This document shows positions 1 to 7,900 of a DNA stretch of 29,215 nt, piece by piece. Source of the DNA: Tepidiformaceae bacterium (GTDB lineage: Bacteria; Chloroflexota; Dehalococcoidia; Tepidiformales; Tepidiformaceae). Made by a program: the position numbers and the translations under genes. Each line of letters starts with the position of its first letter. Within the stretch, counting starts at the first letter, position 1. The stretch covers positions 1-29,215 of the forward strand of contig DATNET010000130.1 of assembly GCA_035606745.1 (NCBI GenBank), given 5' to 3'. Under the pieces are notes generated by a model. It saw only the letters and a program-made list of their open reading frames with translations, was not told the DNA's origin and searched no databases.

Positions 1-11
1 CGCCTTTCGGA

Positions 12-74
12 GTGAGTCTATGAGCAACTCACACCGGACGTCAACCTAAATTTTCCTGTCACAGTCACTTGACA
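12..74. promoter_or_regulatory. Candidate operator inverted repeats
   Basis: GTGAGT-N9-ACTCAC (12-32) over the leftward -10; TGTCA-N8-TGACA (57-74) over the rightward -35. Confidence 0.3.
15..44 (-). promoter_or_regulatory. Putative leftward sigma70-type promoter
   Basis: Minus strand TTGACG (44-39), 18-nt spacer, TAGACT (20-15), followed by GAAAGG near the window edge. Confidence 0.45.
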
Positions 75-97
75 CCGCCTTCGCCTTCCGTTAGTCT
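69..97 (+). promoter_or_regulatory. Rightward sigma70-type promoter giving a leaderless transcript
   Basis: TTGACA (69-74), 17-nt spacer, TAGTCT (92-97); the ATG at 104 lies 7 nt after the -10 and has no Shine-Dalgarno. Confidence 0.7.
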
Positions 98-103
98 CGC
101 GAC

Positions 104-289
104 ATGCCGATCGGAGAAAACATTCGCCACCTTCGCGAAGCGAAGCGTTGGACGCAAGAGAAGCTTGCCGAGAAGTGCGGAGTGACGCGCCAGCATATCA
201 ATGGCGTGGAGAATGGCCATACGCCGTCGATGACGCTGGCGGCTAAGCTGGCGAAGGCGCTGGGAGCAACACTTAAGGAGATTGTGTAG
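104..289 (+). CDS. XRE-family helix-turn-helix regulator (Cro-like)
   Basis: 61 aa with IGENIRHLREAKRWTQEKLAEKCGVTRQHINGVENG..PS..LAKALG, the typical HTH_3 pattern. Confidence 0.92.
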   Translation: MPIGENIRHLREAKRWTQEKLAEKCGVTRQHINGVENGHTPSMTLAAKLAKALGATLKEIV

Positions 290-291
290 CC

Positions 292-471
292 ATGACCACA
301 CCCCGGGGTCCCCGCCCACGAGAGAGGAAGCCGGAGACGATTCTGCGGTCGATGCGAGTGGAGCTGAACTACATCGAGGCGATGCACCTGGGGACGTTTC
401 CAGGCATGCGGCGATATCTCGCAGAGCTTCGCCGCTCCCTGGCATCGCAGCGCAAGCGAGGGCGACCATGA
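292..471 (+). CDS. Small basic hypothetical protein (59 aa, MTTPRGPRPRERKPETILRSMRVELNYIEAMHLG...)
   Basis: Translated by hand; starts 3 nt after the HTH gene stop, and its TGA overlaps the next ATG (ATGA). Confidence 0.55.
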   Translation: MTTPRGPRPRERKPETILRSMRVELNYIEAMHLGTFPGMRRYLAELRRSLASQRKRGRP

Positions 472-641
472 GCCTCGCGCCGAAGTACGAGGGTGGCTGG
501 AACGCAATCGTTGGACAGAAAGCAAAGGAGAACACCATGGGTTACGGATGCCAGAGAGAGTTTCACCTCAACGACTTCCACCGGGCCAACTTCGAGCGCC
601 AGAGCGTCGCGGCTCCTCTTCCTAGGGGAGGCACCGAATGA
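468..641 (+). pseudogene. 57-aa ORF carrying a duplicated N-terminal fragment of the MazG-like gene
   Basis: GWNAIVGQKAKENTMGYGCQREFHLNDFHRANFERQ matches the protein at 1153-1587, then stops before the catalytic EEVGE motif. Confidence 0.55.
495..602 (+). repeat. Direct repeat copy 1 (108 bp)
   Basis: 100/108 identical to 1195-1302 by manual alignment. Confidence 0.95.
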
Positions 642-793
642 GCGACACCGACGTTTGCGTTTGCGGGGACGTTCGCGACGAGCACGGCGGCGACCCGAAC
701 TACCCCGGCTCGACCTCGTGTTCCTGCGACGGCTGCGACTGCCTCGCGTTCGAGATGGACCACCCAGAGGACGACGCGGGCGACCAGCCGTGA
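638..793 (+). CDS. Small Cys-rich, probably metal-binding protein (51 aa)
   Basis: MSDTDVCVCGDVRDEHGGDPNYPGSTSCSCDGCDCLAFEMDHPEDDAGDQP; GGAGG upstream; ATGA overlap. Confidence 0.65.
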   Translation: MSDTDVCVCGDVRDEHGGDPNYPGSTSCSCDGCDCLAFEMDHPEDDAGDQP

Positions 794-816
794 CCCCACA
801 GAGCAAGGAGGGAGCG

Positions 817-948
817 ATGCCAACGACGCTAGGAGAGGCCCTGCCGGCCGAGATGGCCCGCGTTCGAGACAAGGTCATGCCGGCCTACCTGGAAATCGAC
901 GGCGCCCTGTTCGGTCGCGCGTCTACTACTGCTACGAAGGAGGGATGA
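817..948 (+). CDS. Short, probably truncated hypothetical phage protein (43 aa)
   Basis: AAGGAGG RBS; MPTTLGEALPAEMARVRDKVMPAYLEI resembles the start of a recurrent small phage protein (from memory), but the ORF ends in the next gene's RBS. Confidence 0.5.
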   Translation: MPTTLGEALPAEMARVRDKVMPAYLEIDGALFGRASTTATKEG

Positions 949-949
949 G

Positions 950-1156
950 ATGGACAGCGTGTATCTGGTAGGTCACGAAGACGTGCGGAGCGCAGCATCG
1001 GTGATGCAGTCGGCCGCCGACGACATGAGAAACGCCGCCGGGACAATCAGCAGCGCGGTCTACGATCACCGCGTGGCCATGCAAGACGCCCTGGACCGTT
1101 TCGAGGGGTTGGTTGAGCGACTGGAGGCCCTGGCCGCTGGAAAGACCGCGACATGA
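950..1156 (+). CDS. Hypothetical helical protein (68 aa)
   Basis: AAGGAGG RBS, Ala-rich heptad pattern, ATGA overlap with the next gene. Confidence 0.7.
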   Translation: MDSVYLVGHEDVRSAASVMQSAADDMRNAAGTISSAVYDHRVAMQDALDRFEGLVERLEALAAGKTAT

Positions 1157-1587
1157 CCACCACCAGGACCCCAGGAGCCGAGCCGAACGAGCGAGGCTGG
1201 AACGCGATTGTTGGACAGAAAGCAAAGGAGAACACCATGGGCTACGGCTGCCAGAAAGAGTTTCATCTCAACGACTTCCACCGAGCCAACTACGAGCGCC
1301 AGCGCGAGGCGTTCGCACCGCCTCACCCACTTATGTCCCTGGTGGCGTGCGTTCAGGAAGAGGTGGGCGAACTTGCAGCCGCCGTGCTGGGCGTGACCGG
1401 CGAGAAGAAGCGCAAGGCTCACCTGACGAACGACGACGTGCTGGATGCGGTCGCCGATGCCATGACCTACCTGTCCCTCGTGGCCTCAAACGTCGGATGC
1501 ATGGACCTGGAGACGTTGCTGGCGAAGACCTTCAACATGGTGAGCGACCGGGCGAAGTCCAAGATCAAGGTCGGCATCGATGGCTGA
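1153..1587 (+). CDS. mazG: MazG-like nucleotide pyrophosphohydrolase (alternative start at 1237)
   Basis: All-alpha NTP-PPase acidic motifs VQEEVGEL and DAVADAMTYL, C-terminal TFNMVSDR; internal AAGGAG-N6-ATG at 1237. Confidence 0.8.
   Translation: MTTTRTPGAEPNERGWNAIVGQKAKENTMGYGCQKEFHLNDFHRANYERQREAFAPPHPLMSLVACVQEEVGELAAAVLGVTGEKKRKAHLTNDDVLDAVADAMTYLSLVASNVGCMDLETLLAKTFNMVSDRAKSKIKVGIDG
1195..1302 (+). repeat. Direct repeat copy 2 (108 bp)
   Basis: 100/108 identical to 495-602. Confidence 0.95.
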
Positions 1588-1855
1588 CCGTACCCCGGAG
1601 ACGCCCGTGAGCACCCCAGGAGAGACCGAGAGGGAGTTCGTCGACCGGATTTACCAGCGGCTCGACCTAACTGAGCGAGACGCAGAACTTCTCATCGGCG
1701 AACTGGCGACCCGCGAAGCCGCTCTCCGTGCCCGTATCGCCGAGATGGAGAAGCAGCTAGCCGACGTGGCGCGGATGGCCTGCCCGGGACGCGGCTACAC
1801 GATGCAGGACATTCGGGACCGTGCTCTCGGGACACCCACGGAGACAACGCCATGA
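1580..1855 (+). CDS. Hypothetical coiled-coil protein (91 aa)
   Basis: Overlaps neighbours in operon fashion; heptad ELATREAALRARIAEMEKQLA. Confidence 0.7.
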   Translation: MADRTPETPVSTPGETEREFVDRIYQRLDLTERDAELLIGELATREAALRARIAEMEKQLADVARMACPGRGYTMQDIRDRALGTPTETTP

Positions 1856-2301
1856 TTCAAGGATGCCCAGGCTGGCCGCTCGGTGCGGGATTCGACCCCG
1901 CTCATTGCGAGGGGTGCCGGGACCGCGACCGCCTCGCCTCCCAGCTCTCGGAGGCTGAAGCCGCGCTGAAGTACGGACGAGACGCCATCGAGAGCGCCCA
2001 GGCCAGCGAGCACGCGGCCGTGGCCCATCTCCGCCAAGTAGAGGCCGAGAGGGACGTAGCGAAGGACGAGGCTCTTTGCGCTGGCCGCGTCGTAGAGGTC
2101 GCGGTTGACTGGATCAGGAAGCTTGCCGAGTTCGCGCCGCTCCTGCACGCCGCAGACAGGAAGGAAGGGGAGGCACTCGCCCGCGCGTGGCTAAAGACCT
2201 GGGACGAATGCGGGGCGACCATCGGCAAGCTCTACATCGACCGCCTGCGCGCCGCTGAGGCCAGTCTGCAAGAGGCGCGAACCGAGATCGCGCGACCGTG
2301 A
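1852..2301 (+). CDS. Hypothetical coiled-coil protein with N-terminal CxxC (149 aa)
   Basis: ATGA/GTGA overlaps on both sides; HCEGC motif followed by Ala/Glu-rich helices. Confidence 0.65.
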   Translation: MIQGCPGWPLGAGFDPAHCEGCRDRDRLASQLSEAEAALKYGRDAIESAQASEHAAVAHLRQVEAERDVAKDEALCAGRVVEVAVDWIRKLAEFAPLLHAADRKEGEALARAWLKTWDECGATIGKLYIDRLRAAEASLQEARTEIARP

Positions 2302-2519
2302 GCCTCACTGCGACTCGCTTTCGGCCGGCTGTCATGGGCGAGACCGGCTCCGTCGAGGCAGCCATCGCACTCGCGGCCGAGGACGGAGAGCACGGCGTTC
2401 GATTCCCTCGCGTCGTCGCTGCATTCGACAATCTCATGACGGGCGAAACGCAGATGTGGCTCGCGGTAAACAGCGCGGACTACTGGCGCCCGAGCACTCC
2501 AGAGAGTGGGAGCCGCTAG
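2298..2519 (+). CDS. Hypothetical protein (73 aa)
   Basis: GTGA overlap; last gene of the plus-strand unit. Confidence 0.55.
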   Translation: MSLTATRFRPAVMGETGSVEAAIALAAEDGEHGVRFPRVVAAFDNLMTGETQMWLAVNSADYWRPSTPESGSR

Positions 2520-3004
2520 CTGAGTTCCAGGTAGCCGAGCAACTTGCCGCGCTTGCCGTCGGCGGGAGTCCAGGTGTGGCGCCCCATCGCATCCCCGGTT
2601 GCCGATCCTTGCGCGTTCGTGTCGCCTTCGATCGTCGTGATGGCCTGGCCGTCAGGCGAGACCGCTTCCACGATTCCGCAGTGCCCGCTCCACCCGTCCC
2701 GGTGTTCCAGGACAAACACGTCACCGGGGGCCGGAAGGATCCGCTTGCACGAGTCGGGCGCGTTCTTGAACAGGTGGACCGCGCTTGGCGTACGGGGACA
2801 CGGGTTCGCGTCCTGTCCGATCGTCGCCTGCGCGAAGCAGTGGAACATCTCGGCTGCACACCATGGCGCCGGGTAGTCGATACCCACCGCAGCAAGCCGC
2901 AGCGCCACGTCCGGCGACTGGAAGCGTCCCGGTTGGCCACCTCGGATGCCGGCGGCGAGATCGGCCTGGGCGACTGAGAGCGCAGCCAGTCCGAGCGCGC
3001 TCAT
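2516..3004 (-). CDS. CHAP-domain endolysin (Cys/His amidase-peptidase), catalytic domain only
   Basis: PWCAAE catalytic Cys, PAPGDVFV, SGHCGIV catalytic His, TIEGDTN; last gene of the late operon. Confidence 0.88.
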   Translation of the reverse strand: MSALGLAALSVAQADLAAGIRGGQPGRFQSPDVALRLAAVGIDYPAPWCAAEMFHCFAQATIGQDANPCPRTPSAVHLFKNAPDSCKRILPAPGDVFVLEHRDGWSGHCGIVEAVSPDGQAITTIEGDTNAQGSATGDAMGRHTWTPADGKRGKLLGYLELS

Positions 3005-3690
3005 CGCTGCGTCCTGAGTCGGCGCAACAGCCGGCCACCAACGTCCATTAGTTTGTGCGGTGGAACGTCTCCGAGGATCCTGCGCGCGAACACGTCGTGC
3101 TCGTTCCCCGTGGCGTCCAGTTCGGCAGCGTAGCCTCCCGGAGCGATCTGAAATGGAGCCCGCAGGTTTCCTAGGCGATCGTATGGTCCGGAAGCGTTAC
3201 TGGCCTCGAAGAACGCCGGCAGTACGTAGTTGCTCACCTTGATCTTCCGGGTCTCGCCTAGCACCGTCGCTTCCTGCGCGTAGGCGTCCGCTTGGACTGG
3301 GTCTGCCACTTCCACCGCGATTTCAACTCCGTCCGGCATGCGGAACCAGCGATCGCACGTCGGATCGCCTCGGGTCTCCAGGATTTCATGCGAAAGGTCG
3401 GTGGCGTCGAGCTTGTCATCGGGTGGCAGCATCCGGCCGTAGGGGCGGCCGAGCGCGTCCACCGAGTGATAGGCCAGGGCGCCGTCTACGTCGAGCTGGT
3501 CGACGTAGACGAAGATGTAGATGTCGTCGGCGGGAAGGCCTGCGGTGCTGGCATAGAAGCCGATCGCCCACGGGTCGAGGTTCCAGCGCTGGCAGAACTC
3601 GTAGAGCTGCTGGGCGCACGCCTCGACGAGAAAGGTCACATCGATGTTGGCGAGCTTCGACGAGCCGTTGAGGACGGCGATCTGGGTCAT
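3001..3690 (-). CDS. Putative zincin-like metallopeptidase (229 aa)
   Basis: GALAYH and LSHEILETRGDP (HExxE-type) motifs; ATG at 3690 overlaps the upstream TGA. Confidence 0.55.
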   Translation of the reverse strand: MTQIAVLNGSSKLANIDVTFLVEACAQQLYEFCQRWNLDPWAIGFYASTAGLPADDIYIFVYVDQLDVDGALAYHSVDALGRPYGRMLPPDDKLDATDLSHEILETRGDPTCDRWFRMPDGVEIAVEVADPVQADAYAQEATVLGETRKIKVSNYVLPAFFEASNASGPYDRLGNLRAPFQIAPGGYAAELDATGNEHDVFARRILGDVPPHKLMDVGGRLLRRLRTQR

Positions 3691-3875
3691 CGCCCGCCGT
3701 CCGCCCGCTCGTCCTGTAGCGGCGGGTAACACCCCGGCTGCGTCGGATCATCCGCGCAGCTCGGCGCCGGCACGTGGGCGTAGCAGCTCAGGGCGGCCAC
3801 CTCCACGACGGCGAAGCCGACCGACACGGGGGCGAACAGCATCAGCGACAGCAGCAGCCGGTCGGTGCGCCTCAC
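3687..3875 (-). CDS. Small exported Pro/Cys-rich protein, possible lipoprotein or o-spanin-like (62 aa)
   Basis: MRRTDRLLLSLMLFAPVSVGFAVVEVAALSCYAHVPAPSCADDPTQPGCYPP...; GTGA/ATGA overlaps on both sides; imperfect lipobox AALSC. Confidence 0.55.
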   Translation of the reverse strand: MRRTDRLLLSLMLFAPVSVGFAVVEVAALSCYAHVPAPSCADDPTQPGCYPPLQDERADGGR

Positions 3876-4399
3876 TGGAACTGCACCGGGTGCGCCGCCA
3901 GCCAGGCCCGCGCGTGAGCGGCCTTGGTCGCTTCCAGGGGATCGCCGGTGGCGGTCTCCTGGAGCGCGGCCTTGCTCGCGATCCACTGGAGCGCGCAGGC
4001 CACCTCGGCGAACGCCAACGGACCGCCGATGCCGGCGATGAGCGCCGCCACCGCAGCCTCGTAGTTCGCCTGTGCGATGGCGGTCTCCGCGCTCGGGAGG
4101 ATGTTCAGCGCGGCGGCGTGCAGCGCGGCCTCCGAGCAGTTGACGAAGCCGGGCGTATTGGGCGGCGGGACCGGGCCGAGGACGCTCTTGCACCCCGAGA
4201 GACCGACGAGTGCCGCCAGCGCCAGCACGGCCACAGGAGGGCCACTCAGCTTGGTCCCGAGAATGTTCTTGAGGTCGACGGCGAGCGCGACGGCGATGGG
4301 CGCCCACACGGCGTGGGACTGCGTGAACACGTCGACGATGCCGCCCAGGACGCCAACGGCGGCGAGTCCGAGGATGTGGAGAAGTTGCTTTTTGGTCAT
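3872..4399 (-). CDS. Membrane protein with holin-like N-terminal helices and an internal lipobox (175 aa)
   Basis: GGAGA RBS; hydrophobic LLHILGLAAVGVLGGIV, AVWAPIAVALAV and VAVLALAALVG followed by LSGC. Confidence 0.75.
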   Translation of the reverse strand: MTKKQLLHILGLAAVGVLGGIVDVFTQSHAVWAPIAVALAVDLKNILGTKLSGPPVAVLALAALVGLSGCKSVLGPVPPPNTPGFVNCSEAALHAAALNILPSAETAIAQANYEAAVAALIAGIGGPLAFAEVACALQWIASKAALQETATGDPLEATKAAHARAWLAAHPVQFQ

Positions 4400-4680
4400 G
4401 GTGTCTCCTTGATATTCAGGCAGGCTACGAGCCGTCCAGTGAGTTGAGATGTCCTTTGGAAGGCTTCTGCGGCTCGGTGGAACTCGGCCCGGTGGGTGGC
4501 GGTAGCAGCAATTCCAACCGTCCGAACGAGTCCACCAAGGCGGCCCGCGAATTCCCCAAGTCTCTCAGCGTCGTCGCGTAGCCTCTGAAATGCGCCGATA
4601 GCGTCGTCGTAGAAGAATCCGAGAACGTCGGACTCGGCGGTGTTCCCGGTAAGGCCAGGGCTGTTCGTTTCATCGGTCAT
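4396..4680 (-). CDS. Hypothetical helical protein in lysis region (94 aa)
   Basis: Overlaps both neighbours; GAGG upstream. Confidence 0.6.
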   Translation of the reverse strand: MTDETNSPGLTGNTAESDVLGFFYDDAIGAFQRLRDDAERLGEFAGRLGGLVRTVGIAATATHRAEFHRAAEAFQRTSQLTGRLVACLNIKETP

Positions 4681-4936
4681 TGCTCCCTCTTACACGTCCA
4701 GAAAAGTCTCCCATCCGCTCAACGGGGATTCCGTCTGCGGTCAATCCTACGTAGCTCTCCAGGTTGCCGATGCGGCGCCCCTGGGCAATTGCGCTCGCCG
4801 ACGTTGTGGTCCTCAGGCTGGTCACGTCTGTCCGCAGGGCGTCGATGCGCTCAAGCAGCCGCCCCACGGCGAGGATGAGGCCGGCGATGGGGAGGAAAAG
4901 CCCGATGCCGAGCGCGAGCTGGCCCCAGGTGATCAT
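4670..4936 (-). CDS. Single-TM plus coiled-coil protein (holin- or i-spanin-like, 88 aa)
   Basis: MITWGQLALGIGLFLPIAGLILAVG then RLLERIDALRTDVTSL; ATGA overlap with the fibre gene stop; GGAGA RBS. Confidence 0.65.
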   Translation of the reverse strand: MITWGQLALGIGLFLPIAGLILAVGRLLERIDALRTDVTSLRTTTSASAIAQGRRIGNLESYVGLTADGIPVERMGDFSGRVRGSNDR

Positions 4937-7900
4937 TGGTAAATCTCCACGTCCACATAGAGACTCGACGTGCCACCTGGATATGACCCGGCCGCAAGCA
5001 CACCCCATGTGTCAGTCGATGCGCTTCCGGACACGCTGACCTCGCCGCTATCGATGACCCCGGTAAACCCGGCTGCGAGTCCACTCGTCACACAGCCGGT
5101 CACGTTCGAACCATTTCGCGTCACCTGGAACGTCAGGGGAACTGCCGCCGCGGCATAGCTATTAACGACCACGTTGACCGTAACGCGACAGAAATTCGCC
5201 GCGAATCCCTTGGCCAATTCGGCGACCACGCCAAAGCCGTCTGGTTGGCAGGGATTGATCGTTCCGGCCCCCGTGGGTCCGGGCGTGAGCCAGCAACTGA
5301 TTCCGGTAAACAGTCCAAAGTCGTTCCATGAGTAGAAGATCGACGTTGTGCGCCCGAAGTTCTTGATTGCATTCGTCGCAATGTGGTTACCCGCCGTCGC
5401 TACGAACGGCTGCCCTGGGACGAAAACACCTGAGGTGCTGAAGCTAGTACCCGCGCCATCCGTGAGGTGGTCTGTCACCGTCGCGCAAGACCCGGCCGAC
5501 GAATGCGTGTCCCCCGTTAGTGCCGGGAGCTGCGCGCACGTCGCGGAGCCGGTCACGTCGCTGAACGCCACCGTGGAGCACGTCGAGCTTCCGTCTCCTC
5601 CGACAGCGGTGAAGAAATGCGAGGCGCCGCACGAATTCGTTCGAATGCCGTGGTTGATGTTTCCCGCGTCGTCCTTGACGGCGATGTTCTTCGAGCCCGA
5701 GTCGACGTAGAGCGCCCCTATCCCACTCGCCGGGGTTGCCGGGGCGGTCATCGCCACGAAGTCGAGATCTCCCGCGGAGGCCAGGTGGACCCGGGTAGTC
5801 CGTGACGACCCCGTGTAGAGGTCGATTCCGTTCGACGTCGAGCTATTGCCGATCCTGAATTGCCCCGAACTCGACGTGTTGCTGTCGAGAATCGCCGAGC
5901 CGCTCGCCCCAAACGTCGTGTTCGCTAGGGCCGGCACCAGGTATTGAAAGTACGGCGCCCCCGCGAGTGTCGCTCCGAGATAGATCACGAAGCCCGAGTA
6001 GTCTCCCGACCCAATCCCGGCCGTGTGGGTCGCAATGAACGACGACCCCGAGGCCGCCTGCGCATCGATCTCGGCGGGGAACGTCGCCTGCGGAGCGCCG
6101 CCTACGACAAGCCCGTTTCCGAGCACGCCATAGGTGAGATTCGATGTCTGCGCGAGCCCACCGCCGCTCGCGGCGCCGATCTGAACCTCGCTGGCGACAC
6201 ACTGGTAGGTCAGCGGAGCCGCGACCCCCGCCGTGGTCACCTGTTCATTTACGCCGCTAGCTAGCGCGCCAAGATTCACGCCGTTGACCGGAATGTGGCT
6301 GGACGAGGTTACTTCGTACGTCGCCAAGGCGTCAGCTCCAGCCGTCCCGGGGGCATACGCAGTAACCCGCCCGAAGTTGTCGATCGTCGCGGAGCAGTTC
6401 GTGCACGACCCCGGCGTCACGAGTATCGGCAGGGAGATGACCGTGGCTGCGTCGCCGGGGTCGTCGGTGATGTCCAGCCCGGCTCCGGCCGTCGAGAACG
6501 TTTCCTGTGGCAGCGGCGTGAATGTGTTGTCGGTCCACGCCTGATAGCGTGGTGTGGTGCAAGCCAGGCCGCCCGTGCTTGCCGAGGACACGAAGTCGCC
6601 GGGTGAGCACGCGAACGTGTCCATGGTGCATGTCGGGTTTGGCGATGTGGGCGAGCAGACAAGACCGCCGGAGCCGGTCACGGAGGTGACGGTGCCGCTG
6701 CCGCTGCCGCAGGAGCTTCCTGTGCTGGACAGGATGCCACTCGTATTGAACTGAGCGCAGCCGGCCGAAGTGATAGGCGTTCCAGTAGAACCTAGGTGCG
6801 ATCCAGAATTGACGTCATTGACAGGAAGGTCAGCGGCATGGAACCCAACTCCGTTGACAACTATCGAATTAACTGCCGACGTCGATGCATCCGACACGGT
6901 AACTCCGGTGGCCGTCGCATTATTCACCGATACCATCGGTATGGTATTCCCTTTCCCTCCAATAGCCTCTACGGTTTGTTGATACCTAGCCGTGGTCTGG
7001 ACTTGCAAACAACCACCCAATCCACTGACGTCATAAAAGTTTATTTGGAATGCCGTTGCCGTGGCGACCTCGACATCGAGTCCCGCGCCCTGGAATGTTA
7101 ATCTCCCTCCCTCCATGTTGAACCAGTGAGGGCTTACTACGGTATATTCAGTCGACCCCGTTCCGCGCAGAAGACCGCCGGCAACAAGGACGCTTCCGCC
7201 GAAAAGATTTCCCAGCCAATTGTAATTCGCGGAAAATGCGCAATTGTAGAAAACTCCTCCATCGCGGCTGTGGGTTGTAAACCAATCTTGTTGGTAAAAC
7301 AGATTTTGTCCTCCCGGTACATTGGCATCAGAAATCATAAATCCATTGGCCACGGTGCCTAGCTCTTGCGACCCCTGGAAGTGAGCAAACGACAGAAGCG
7401 GCATCGACGATGCGGTGTAGGTATCTCCCGGTGCCGGAGTACATGCCGTCAATAGATTAGACGGCCATGATACGCGAATTGTCTTCGAACCGAGATCCTT
7501 GGCCGCGTACCAAGTGCAAGGCGTTCCGCTGGTCCGATGGAAGACGACGCCGTTAGCTAGCAGCCCGCTAGCCGTGTACGAAACCGGAATCCCCGTATCA
7601 GAAAGCTCATTGTCATCGGCGGCCGGAGTTCCAACCGTCGCCGCCGTGTACGTGCTCACTGTCCCTGTGTAAAGAACGGTTTGCGTGGCCACAAAAGTAA
7701 CTTGAGACTGGCTCGTGGTGTAATATGTGAAGATTGGCGTATCGCTAGCGTTCTGTGCTGATTGACCATGTACCGTCATGGTAACCGTGCTCGCAAGCGT
7801 CGCTCCAGCTAGCCGCCGAGCCAGTTCGGAGTAGTTGCACAGCGGACCGCCCGCCGTCAGTCCTGTGTTTCCGTCGCTGCACGTCCCGAAGATAGACTGC

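Noticed and set aside
282-641. 119-aa ORF from the track starting at TTG 282
   Set aside because: Better explained by two coupled genes, 292-471 and 468-641, with an ATGA overlap
495-1302. Repeat pair as a diversity-generating retroelement TR/VR
   Set aside because: Mismatches are not adenine-specific and are mostly synonymous; no reverse transcriptase in the window
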